From an uncultured Ruminococcus sp. (GTDB lineage Bacteria; Bacillota; Clostridia; Oscillospirales; Ruminococcaceae), in assembly GCA_902780695.1 (NCBI GenBank), contig CACZGM010000008.1, forward strand, positions 509 to 64,508: a stretch of DNA of 64,000 nt, given 5' to 3'. Positions 33,943 to 41,807 of this stretch are shown here, in pieces. The first letter of the stretch is position 1; each line of letters begins with the position of its first letter. The position numbers and the translations under genes were made by a program. Below the pieces are notes generated by a model. That model was not told where the DNA came from and did no database searches. It saw nothing but the letters and a program-made list of their open reading frames with translations.

Positions 33943-34021
33943 ATAAGTGGTAACAGCCAAAATCCGAAATAAAGCAAGACCCGCGAACACGCTCTGTAAG
34001 CGCATCCGCGGGATAAGTCAA

Positions 34022-34096
34022 TGGTGACCCGTACGGGAATTGAACCCATGATTCCGCCGTGAAAGGGCGATGTCTTAACCTCTTGACCAACGGGCC
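34022..34096 (-). tRNA. tRNA-Glu (anticodon UUC), CCA encoded
   Basis: Reverse complement GGCCCGTTGGTCAAGAGGTTAAGACATCGCCCTTTCACGGCGGAATCATGGGTTCAATTCCCGTACGGGTCACCA folds as a cloverleaf with a 7-bp acceptor stem and anticodon loop CTTTCAC. Confidence 0.9.
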
Positions 34097-34102
34097 TTAA
34101 AA

Positions 34103-34179
34103 TGGTAGCGGCAAGTGGACTTGAACCACCGACACCCTGGGTATGAACCAAGTGCTCTAGCCAGCTGAGCTATGCCGCC
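34103..34179 (-). tRNA. tRNA-Met (anticodon CAU, elongator-like)
   Basis: Reverse complement GGCGGCATAGCTCAGCTGGCTAGAGCACTTGGTTCATACCCAGGGTGTCGGTGGTTCAAGTCCACTTGCCGCTACCA. Anticodon loop TTCATAC. Lacks the initiator signature. Confidence 0.85.
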
Positions 34180-34208
34180 AAATGATATCACAATCTGTGA
34201 CGAATGTT

Positions 34209-34237
34209 ATTATATCACAAAACTCAGCCTTTGTCAA
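34209..34237 (-). promoter_or_regulatory. consensus promoter of the tRNA-Met/tRNA-Glu operon
   Basis: Minus strand reads TTGACA, 17-nt spacer, TATAAT, about 25 nt upstream of tRNA-Met. Confidence 0.7.
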
Positions 34238-34564
34238 CATTTTTTTGAAAAAAATTTAAAAATTTTCGAAAATGTTATAAGAAATATTATTTGTCCAATA
34301 AGATTAAGTACCTGCAAAACACACCGGATATTTGTCAAACGGCATTTTAACTCATTTTGTGAGCCGGCAATGCAGTGAAGCACAAAGCTGCCTATTGCGC
34401 TTTTTTCCAGCAATACATTGAATTATCCCGAAAAATAGGATTTGTTCTTATGTTTTAGGTTATTTCTCCCCACGGAATGAGGGGAGAAATAACGCTGAAT
34501 TATAGTTTTGCTTAAAACAAGGAAAATGATCTTCCTGCGTTATCAGGCGGGAAAACGATCAGTA

Positions 34565-35221
34565 TCATCTGTCCGACGGAGGACCGTTGCGGGGAACCCC
34601 CTGCGGCGGTCCGAACTTTTTCATGAGCATCTTGATATAGATCGGCTGAACGATAAGGATAACTACATAGCCGATGGGGTAGCACCATAGCAGCGAAATT
34701 AGGATAGATGTACCGATCTGCGGTTTCGCTGCCTCCATACCGGATTTTTGCCCGTTCATTTCCGCTATTTTCCCGTTGAGTTCGCCTATTCTGGCATTAA
34801 GCTCTCCGGTTTTCTGCGGATCGGCGGCTGTATCGGTCTGTGAAAGCTCGGCCTGAACAGACGAAAGCTCGGCGGCAGCGGCTTCGATCTGTTTATCGAG
34901 CGCGTTTATCCCGTTCTGTATTCCTGCGCCTGCTGAGCCAACCATTATAAGCACCATAACTATCGACATTATTGGGGTATATATCGTGTTTGAAATGAGC
35001 GCCGACAAGGCGTTGGCAGGGAATGAGTCCGGTTTCAGCTTCATCTTCGCGCAGGCAGCGGCTTCGAGTTTCGGCATAGGAATGATAAGTGAGATAACGA
35101 TGCTTATTACAAAGCTGATCAGAAAGCTGATGAGCCATGAACCAACGGAAAAATGCCCGGATGTGAGAGTGCCGACGAGCGACATCACAAAGCTGAGAGT
35201 GACTCCCATAAGCAGTCCCAT
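34565..35221 (-). CDS. membrane protein with internal coiled-coil segment, unknown function
   Basis: Several hydrophobic helices flank QIEAAAAELSSVQAELSQ...ELNARIGELNGKIAEMNG. Confidence 0.55.
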   Translation of the reverse strand: MGLLMGVTLSFVMSLVGTLTSGHFSVGSWLISFLISFVISIVISLIIPMPKLEAAACAKMKLKPDSFPANALSALISNTIYTPIMSIVMVLIMVGSAGAGIQNGINALDKQIEAAAAELSSVQAELSQTDTAADPQKTGELNARIGELNGKIAEMNGQKSGMEAAKPQIGTSILISLLWCYPIGYVVILIVQPIYIKMLMKKFGPPQGVPRNGPPSDR

Positions 35222-35294
35222 GAATAAACCTATCTTTTTGATAATAACCAGTCCCTTCGTTTTTTATGATATCTGTTTTTAAAAACATGACATA

Positions 35295-36431
35295 TCACGC
35301 TTTGCGAGTGACAGTCCTGTACGTTACCTTATCAGACGGCAGAGGGTCAAAACCGATATCCGCCCCCTTAAGGTACTTGTCAAAGAAAGTGACATGACAG
35401 TAAACCAGATGTCTGAACAATTCTTCCGGCGGTAGCTTTCCCGTAACAAACTTAAAGGGAACAAAGAATTTCGCGTCTGTAAATCCGATGTGCTTCATAT
35501 CCTCAAAGATCACTTGGTATGTGTCGGCCGAGGTGTTCAGGAAAGGTCTTGTCTCAAAGTTTATATTATCAGTGCAGCTTATCTGACAGAACGGCTTTTC
35601 CATCGTCTTTTCCGGGTATTCACCGAACAGCGCTCCGTCAATATTGATGCCGCAGCTGAATTTGTCGTTATATCTGCATAGATAATATGCGGTGCAGCCG
35701 CCGAGCGAATGACCTGCAGCTCCCACACCCCATTCCGGGTCAATACTGTCCGCGTATCTCTCCTTCACGGCTTCAAGCGCTTTTTCGATATCCTGTGCCC
35801 ATTCACCGACCCGTCCGATCAGGTATGGAGTATATTTCTTCTGAAATATATCAAACTGCTCCAGCGCCTCACGGTAGCTGAACTTCTTTTTCAGCATTCT
35901 GCCCTGGGCAAGTACGGCACCTGTCATACTTGTGTACATAGCTTTGGTTATGCGCTTGTCCATAAGATCTGTACTGCCGTCGTCATAGTCATTCTCGATA
36001 GCCTCGTGAGCATGACCGACCGATGCGATGATATATCCGCGGCTTGCGAGCGCACACAGCAGAAAAGTATTTGCTTCGACATATGCCCCGTATGCCATAC
36101 TGAACATTATGACCGGGAATTTTTTGCCCTGTGCGACAGGAACGTCTTCATAGAACTCGGCGAAATTGGATTCGTCGCCTATGTTCGTGACATGAAAGGC
36201 TTTTGTGACCGCCGCTTTCTTCGCTTCGGTGAACATCGGCGCGTATAGCTTATCCGATACCGCCTCTCTGTCCGCCGGATAATACATTCTTACAGCGATC
36301 TTCCGGTCTTCCGTGCCTTCGTCTATTACCTTTTTCCGTTCTTTATCGACAATGGTAAAGCACACTGTTCCGACCGCGTATTCTCCGTCTGTATAGCCTG
36401 CGGGAACAGCCGCTTTTTTCTTGAATGCCAT
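35295..36431 (-). CDS. alpha/beta hydrolase (lipase / PAF-acetylhydrolase-like)
   Basis: ATG 36431 after GGAGAA. Nucleophile elbow GHSLGG. Confidence 0.65.
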   Translation of the reverse strand: MAFKKKAAVPAGYTDGEYAVGTVCFTIVDKERKKVIDEGTEDRKIAVRMYYPADREAVSDKLYAPMFTEAKKAAVTKAFHVTNIGDESNFAEFYEDVPVAQGKKFPVIMFSMAYGAYVEANTFLLCALASRGYIIASVGHAHEAIENDYDDGSTDLMDKRITKAMYTSMTGAVLAQGRMLKKKFSYREALEQFDIFQKKYTPYLIGRVGEWAQDIEKALEAVKERYADSIDPEWGVGAAGHSLGGCTAYYLCRYNDKFSCGINIDGALFGEYPEKTMEKPFCQISCTDNINFETRPFLNTSADTYQVIFEDMKHIGFTDAKFFVPFKFVTGKLPPEELFRHLVYCHVTFFDKYLKGADIGFDPLPSDKVTYRTVTRKA

Positions 36432-36615
36432 ATTTTTCTCCGAAGATATATTTATATTTATATTATAATACAAATGAACAAAAAAATCAAGTATTACGTA
36501 CTTGCTTTTGTTGTTTTTTCGGAAATATTATTGAGGACAAATGAATTCCGGCTAACGGAAGATAACAGAACTTACCGATCCGGGGCAGTAATGTAGTGAT
36601 ACAGCTCTTATTCGG

Positions 36616-36644
36616 TTGCAATCCGGCTTGTGTTGTGGTATAAT
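36616..36644 (+). promoter_or_regulatory. promoter of the HAD-fusion gene
   Basis: TTGCAA, 17-nt spacer, TATAAT. Confidence 0.55.
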
Positions 36645-36670
36645 AAAGTATCAAAAACGGGAGTGATAAT

Positions 36671-38227
36671 ATGACACTGTATGTTTCCGATCTTGACGGT
36701 ACTCTGCTTGCCGATTCCGGAAAGCTGAAGCCGAGAACCGCAGATATGCTGAACAGCTTCATAGACTGCGGCACGCTCTTTTCCTACTGCACCGCGCGAG
36801 GACTTGCAACGGCGTCCGAAATAATGTCCGGAGTCCGCATTAACGCACCTGTAGTGCTGATGAACGGAGTGTACATATATGATCCTGTTACGGGAGAGTA
36901 CCCGTTCCGTGCCTCGTTCGGAGAAAAGCAGTGCAGTTTACTGAAACAGACGATAGAGGAGAACGGAGAGACTCCGCTCATATACGCGTTCATAGACGGC
37001 CGGGAGCGCATGAGCTTTGTGGAGAGCGCGCCGAATCTGAAAAGATTTCTGTCCCGCAGAAAAGGCGACAGCAGAAGAAGACCTGTTGAATGCGCCGGTG
37101 ATATGTTCGCCGGAGAGCTGTTTTATGCCGCGTTTATCGACCCTGTGAACCTTCCCGTACTTGAGCGCGTATTCACCCCGGAGAACGGCTTTATGACAGC
37201 AAGCTATATAGATACATACCCACCGCATCAGCGCTGGTTTGAGGTTTTCCCTGCAGAAGCGGGAAAAGCTGGCGCGGTTGCGAAGCTGAAAACCCTTACC
37301 GGAGCAGACGAGGTGGTATGCTTCGGTGACAATGCCAACGATCTTCCGATGTTTAAGGCGGCGGACAGATGTTACGCGGTGGGAAACGCCATACCGGAAC
37401 TGAAAGCTGTGGCTGACGGCGTTATCGGCACAAACGAGGGCTACGGTGTACCGGAATTCATACAAAGCGAGATATATCCCGTGTTTGCCTATGAACCGCC
37501 GTTCGCCGGTGAGCCGGATGCGGAACGGTTCAGGATATCCGTAGAAAAGGCATTGGAGCGTGAGCGGACGACGATAGGAACGCTTAACGAAAAGGCGATA
37601 CACAACGCGCTGAAATGCTATTACTGCGACGAAGCAGATCACGAAGCGAAGATAGGCGGCTTTTATGCCGACGGGGCAGGGGAGAACGGCATTTTCGAGA
37701 TACAGAGCGGCAATTTCGGATATCTCGCAAAAAAGCTGCCGAAGATGCTGCAGACGAGCCATGTCACAGTGGTATATCCGTATGAGAAAAAGACGCACAA
37801 TTATTCGATAAATGAAAAAACGGGCGAAATAATGTCTGTCACATCACGCACCGAAAACTCGTACTCCAGACTGTTTCTGGAGCTTTACAGGATAAAGGCG
37901 TTTCTTACAAATCCGAACCTTACGATAAGGATAGCATTCATTGAGATCGATAAAAAGACGTATTACAAGGACGAGCGCCGCATAAGGCGCAGGGGACAGA
38001 AAAAGGAGAAATACCCGACAGCGCTCCTGCGTGAGATATGTCTCGAAAATCCGGAGGATTACCGCATCTTTCTCCCCGAGGGACTGCCGGAACAGTTCAC
38101 CAGCTCCGATCTCGCTGTCCTGTGCCGTCCCACCGACGCGTCACTGATGCTCTCTGTCCTCGGATTTACGGGAGTTATTACCCGCTGCGGCAAGCGCAGA
38201 AACAGCATTCTGTATAAGGCAAGATAG
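36671..38227 (+). CDS. Cof-type HAD phosphatase fused to an uncharacterised ~240-aa C-terminal domain
   Basis: MTLYVSDLDGTLL (HAD motif I) and GDNANDLPMF (motif IV). C-terminal part has no motif I can name. Confidence 0.65.
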   Translation: MTLYVSDLDGTLLADSGKLKPRTADMLNSFIDCGTLFSYCTARGLATASEIMSGVRINAPVVLMNGVYIYDPVTGEYPFRASFGEKQCSLLKQTIEENGETPLIYAFIDGRERMSFVESAPNLKRFLSRRKGDSRRRPVECAGDMFAGELFYAAFIDPVNLPVLERVFTPENGFMTASYIDTYPPHQRWFEVFPAEAGKAGAVAKLKTLTGADEVVCFGDNANDLPMFKAADRCYAVGNAIPELKAVADGVIGTNEGYGVPEFIQSEIYPVFAYEPPFAGEPDAERFRISVEKALERERTTIGTLNEKAIHNALKCYYCDEADHEAKIGGFYADGAGENGIFEIQSGNFGYLAKKLPKMLQTSHVTVVYPYEKKTHNYSINEKTGEIMSVTSRTENSYSRLFLELYRIKAFLTNPNLTIRIAFIEIDKKTYYKDERRIRRRGQKKEKYPTALLREICLENPEDYRIFLPEGLPEQFTSSDLAVLCRPTDASLMLSVLGFTGVITRCGKRRNSILYKAR

Positions 38228-38294
38228 TATAATTGAAAACGGGGGCTTTCCTTGCAGAATGGAAGCCCCCGTCTGTTATATTTCAGATTATATC

Positions 38295-39599
38295 TCAATT
38301 CTCTCCGAGCACAAGTCTTCGGAAATCATCTCCTCTTTCCTCGAAGTTCTTATAGAATCCGTAGCTTGCTGCGGCAGGGGAGAGCAGGCAGATATGCCTT
38401 GTGACGAGCTTAGCATAAGATACCGCGTCCGAAAGGTCGGAAGCATGATAGATATTGCGTTTTGTGCGGTCGAGAAGCGGTTCTATTTTATGCCCGCTGT
38501 CCGGGAGCAGCAGCACATTTGCGATATCGGAAGCGTTGAGGAAATCAACAAGTTCGGTATAATCAATACCTCTGTCCATACCGCCTATTATGATCGTGTC
38601 AACGCCGTCGAATGCGCGTACAGCCGCGATAGCTGTGCTCGGGCAGGTGCTTATGCTGTCGTTTATATATGTCACATTCTTTATCGTGCCGATATTTTCG
38701 AGTCTGTGTTTAAGTCCGTCGAATGACGCGACTGCCGGAAGTATCGCCTCGTCGGCGCATCCGAGCATCTTTGCGGCGCATACCGCAATGCCAATATTGT
38801 ATAGATTGTGTCTGCCGAGCAGCTTTGTGCGGAAGCTGTACGGTTCGCCGCAGATATAAACGGTGTCGCCGTCAAGGAAAATATCGGCGCGTTCGTCAAG
38901 ACTTGCCGTAATAACGGAAGATGGTATCTCCGCGCAGACGAGTGACTTGTTTATTATCAGTCTGTCCTGCTTCTTCTGATAGCGGTAGATGTTCTCCTTT
39001 GCGGCTCTGTACGCGTCAAATCCGGTGTAATGGTCGAGGTGCTCTTCAAAAAGATTCAGATATACCGCGATATCCGGCGATGCCTGCACATATTCGAGCT
39101 GGTGACAGGACATCTCGCAGACGATGACCGTGTTCGGGGCAAGGTCGGGTATGCAGTCGAGAGGCGGTACGCCGATATTGCCGATCAGCAGAGCATCTTT
39201 TCCGCAGCTGCGCAGTATATGGTATATTAGCGATGAAGTGGTGGATTTGCCCTTTGTGCCGGTAATGCCGATCACTGTGTTTTCGCAGAAGCGCAGCAGC
39301 AGATCGGTCTGACTCGTGATCTTCGCTTTCACGCTGTCGGATATCTTGTCGAGCAGCACGACGCCCGGCGCTTTCATAATTATATCGAAGCGGTCAAGGC
39401 AGTCGAGATAGTTCTCGCCGTATATTACCTCGATACCGTCCGTTTCAAGGCAGGAAACATCGTTTCTGTCCGCTATCGTGATATTGCAGCCGGACTTTTT
39501 CAGCCGGGAAAGGGTTGAGCGTCCCTCCCGTCCGAAGCCGAGGATAAGAACATTCTTACCCGCAAAGAAATCATGCAGTTTTTCGGGAAATGTTTTCAT
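38295..39599 (-). CDS. murD: UDP-N-acetylmuramoyl-L-alanine--glutamate ligase (MurD family)
   Basis: GKNVLILGFGREGRS and GITGTKGKSTT. Mur-ligase architecture, 434 aa. Confidence 0.85.
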   Translation of the reverse strand: MKTFPEKLHDFFAGKNVLILGFGREGRSTLSRLKKSGCNITIADRNDVSCLETDGIEVIYGENYLDCLDRFDIIMKAPGVVLLDKISDSVKAKITSQTDLLLRFCENTVIGITGTKGKSTTSSLIYHILRSCGKDALLIGNIGVPPLDCIPDLAPNTVIVCEMSCHQLEYVQASPDIAVYLNLFEEHLDHYTGFDAYRAAKENIYRYQKKQDRLIINKSLVCAEIPSSVITASLDERADIFLDGDTVYICGEPYSFRTKLLGRHNLYNIGIAVCAAKMLGCADEAILPAVASFDGLKHRLENIGTIKNVTYINDSISTCPSTAIAAVRAFDGVDTIIIGGMDRGIDYTELVDFLNASDIANVLLLPDSGHKIEPLLDRTKRNIYHASDLSDAVSYAKLVTRHICLLSPAAASYGFYKNFEERGDDFRRLVLGEN

Positions 39600-39621
39600 C
39601 GGGCAGTGTCGCCTTTCTTTT

Positions 39622-40956
39622 TTATTTCAGAAGCCCGATGAGCTCACCGGGAACAAAGTTGTCATTATCGAAGAAATCGTCGAGGCTTTCGGGTTCCTCC
39701 GGTTCCGCAGAGATATAGTTTTTCAGAAGCAGAGGGATATCCTTCCCCTCTCTGCGCTTATATGCCCTGTAAAGTGCGAGCCGTATCTCCGCGCGCGTTC
39801 CTACGCACTCAAACGGCTTGTCGAAATCGGCATAAACGAGTCCGTTGAACAGGTCGGTGAATTCCGCATTCCCGAGCATATCCGAGCCGAAGATGTTTTT
39901 CAGCTCCGCATCGTCAAGAAATGCAGCGAGCATTATATATACATACAGACATTTCGCGCACTTTCCGCACCACGAATCCGTTTTAGAGCCTAAATTGCAG
40001 CTTTTGAATACCGGGAGATATTCCGGGTAACGTACAAATCGCTGCGCTATCTGCCATTCGCTCCACGGGCGCAGCAGACTGAAATATTCCGGCGGTACGG
40101 TAAGCCATTTTTCGCAGTATTCGCGGAAATCGCGCTCAAATCCGGTGCTTTTGCTGTACTGATGATTTACGCCGGTGCCGTTCACATTACCCTCGTTCGC
40201 GCTGCTCTCGTTTGACAGTGCGATATATTTTTTTCCTGTTATCAGTGCCGCAAGATAAGCGGAGAACGCGACTATCGCGGAGAACGGGGTATGCCCGTTG
40301 AGCCAGCCTTCCGCGTTTCTGCGCAGAAGCTCCGGGTGTATCGAGCGTTTCAGCCCGACGATCCTATCGTCGTCATAACCTGCCGTATGTGCGCAGTCAA
40401 GCGTTGTTCTGCGGGGGTTTATGATATAGCAGAGATTGTCCTCCCGCATACCTTTCAGCAGTTCAAGAGTGACTATGCTGTCCTTGCCGCCGCCGACAGG
40501 AATAAGCGCACCTTTCCGTTCTCCGGCGAACGGGTCTTCAAAGTGCTTTACATCGCAGCTGTCGGCTTCTATGCGCATAAAGCTGTCGAAATCGGTCTGT
40601 ATGCCGTTGCGGTAGAAAAACTCTCCGAGACCGCCGAAATACAGCTTCTTCCACCACCGCTTCTGTTCTTCGTCAAGAGCACCGCATTTTACGCGGACGA
40701 GCGGCGGGCATGCGCATTTCCAATAGCTTACAAGTTCGGTCATGCCTATTGAGAATATCACATACTCAATAAGTTCCCGCGGCATACCTTCCGGTATTTT
40801 CAGTCCGTTCCACTTCCATTCCGGCAGGAACTCATACCCGCCGATAGTGAACCGGAACGAGAAGCCCTCGTCGGTGATATTATAGCTGTGGTATATGAAT
40901 TCGGGGTATTTTTCCCGAAGTCCGGTAAATTTATCCAAGATACAGACCTCTTTCAT
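39622..40956 (-). CDS. PP-loop-like (adenine nucleotide alpha-hydrolase type) protein; MurL-type epimerase candidate
   Basis: ATG 40956 (the track start is upstream, within repeat DNA). LIPVGGGKDSIVT and WCGKCAKCLY. Ends 23 nt before murD on the same strand. Confidence 0.4.
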   Translation of the reverse strand: MKEVCILDKFTGLREKYPEFIYHSYNITDEGFSFRFTIGGYEFLPEWKWNGLKIPEGMPRELIEYVIFSIGMTELVSYWKCACPPLVRVKCGALDEEQKRWWKKLYFGGLGEFFYRNGIQTDFDSFMRIEADSCDVKHFEDPFAGERKGALIPVGGGKDSIVTLELLKGMREDNLCYIINPRRTTLDCAHTAGYDDDRIVGLKRSIHPELLRRNAEGWLNGHTPFSAIVAFSAYLAALITGKKYIALSNESSANEGNVNGTGVNHQYSKSTGFERDFREYCEKWLTVPPEYFSLLRPWSEWQIAQRFVRYPEYLPVFKSCNLGSKTDSWCGKCAKCLYVYIMLAAFLDDAELKNIFGSDMLGNAEFTDLFNGLVYADFDKPFECVGTRAEIRLALYRAYKRREGKDIPLLLKNYISAEPEEPESLDDFFDNDNFVPGELIGLLK

Positions 40957-40962
40957 ATCATA

Positions 40963-41041
40963 ATGAAAAATGAATAATGAACAGTGAATAGTTGTGTTGC
41001 GGCTTCGCCGCTTATCTGAATTGTGACAAAGCGGAAAGTAT
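40963..41041 (-). repeat. box-hairpin-heptamer intergenic element, copy 1
   Basis: Plus strand has 4 heptamers (ATGAAAA ATGAATA ATGAACA GTGAATA), hairpin GCGGCTTCGCCGC, and box TGAATTGTGACAAAGCGGAAAGTAT (41017-41041). Confidence 0.6.
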
Positions 41042-41105
41042 ATTGCCGTATCAATGAATTCTTCTTCCGGCAATATTGATATCCGGATCTAGTAATGTTT
41101 CTGAA

Positions 41106-41807
41106 CTATCCGGTAAATCCTCCGTCAATGCCGAGAACCTGTGCAGTGGCAAAGCTGCTGCTTTCAAGGAAGCGGGCAGCGCGTGAAACGTCCTCCGGCT
41201 TGCCGATGCGCATAAGCGGGGTGCAGTCGATAAGCTCATGCATCTCTTCCTCGGAAAGATGACCGTTCATAGGGCTTTCGATAACGCCGGGAGCAATGCA
41301 GTTCACGCGTATCCCGGACGGTCCGAGTTCCTTTGCGAGAGCTTTGGTGAATCCGATAAGCCCAGCCTTTGCAGCGGAATAAGCGACTTCACAGGAAGCA
41401 CCGTACACTCCCCATACCGAGGATATGTTTATGATGCATCCTTCATGCGCCCGTATCATCTGTCTGCATACCTCGCGGGTAAGGCGCATCGTACCGGTGA
41501 GGTCGGCGCTTATCATGCGGTCGAGTTCTTCGTCCGTCACATCGGTAAACAGCTTTATCTGCGCAATTCCCGCGTTGTTTATCAGCAGGGAGCAGTCTCC
41601 AGCCATTCCCGCGAGAGCATATATATCTTCCGGGATCGTAAGGTCGCACCGTACCGGTTCCGCGCCGTACTTTGCCTTCAGCATTTCCGCACTGCCGGAA
41701 TCGCGGACGTAAGTGAAGATCACATCATAGTCTGCGGAGAATTCCCGTACAAGCGCGCTGCCTATCGCGCCTGTTCCGCCGGTTATCAGCGCAGTTCTCT
41801 TACCCAT
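41106..41807 (-). CDS. SDR-family oxidoreductase (FabG-like)
   Basis: TALITGGTGAIGSA and YSAAKAG (YxxxK). Confidence 0.75.
   Translation of the reverse strand: MGKRTALITGGTGAIGSALVREFSADYDVIFTYVRDSGSAEMLKAKYGAEPVRCDLTIPEDIYALAGMAGDCSLLINNAGIAQIKLFTDVTDEELDRMISADLTGTMRLTREVCRQMIRAHEGCIINISSVWGVYGASCEVAYSAAKAGLIGFTKALAKELGPSGIRVNCIAPGVIESPMNGHLSEEEMHELIDCTPLMRIGKPEDVSRAARFLESSSFATAQVLGIDGGFTG

Larger units (their letters stand above)
24004..34021. mobile_element. integrative mobilizable element, island 3 (~10.0 kb)
   Basis: Lies between repeat copy 2 and the intact tRNA-Glu. Same gene order as island 2: small left-end gene, cargo, HTH, helicase, mob gene, integrase. Confidence 0.8.

Noticed and set aside
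33666-34151. 161-aa minus-strand ORF, and smaller ORFs, overlapping the two tRNA genes.
   Set aside because: They cover cloverleaf-folding tRNA-Glu and tRNA-Met sequences and an att-flanking region. They are artefacts of the ORF scan.
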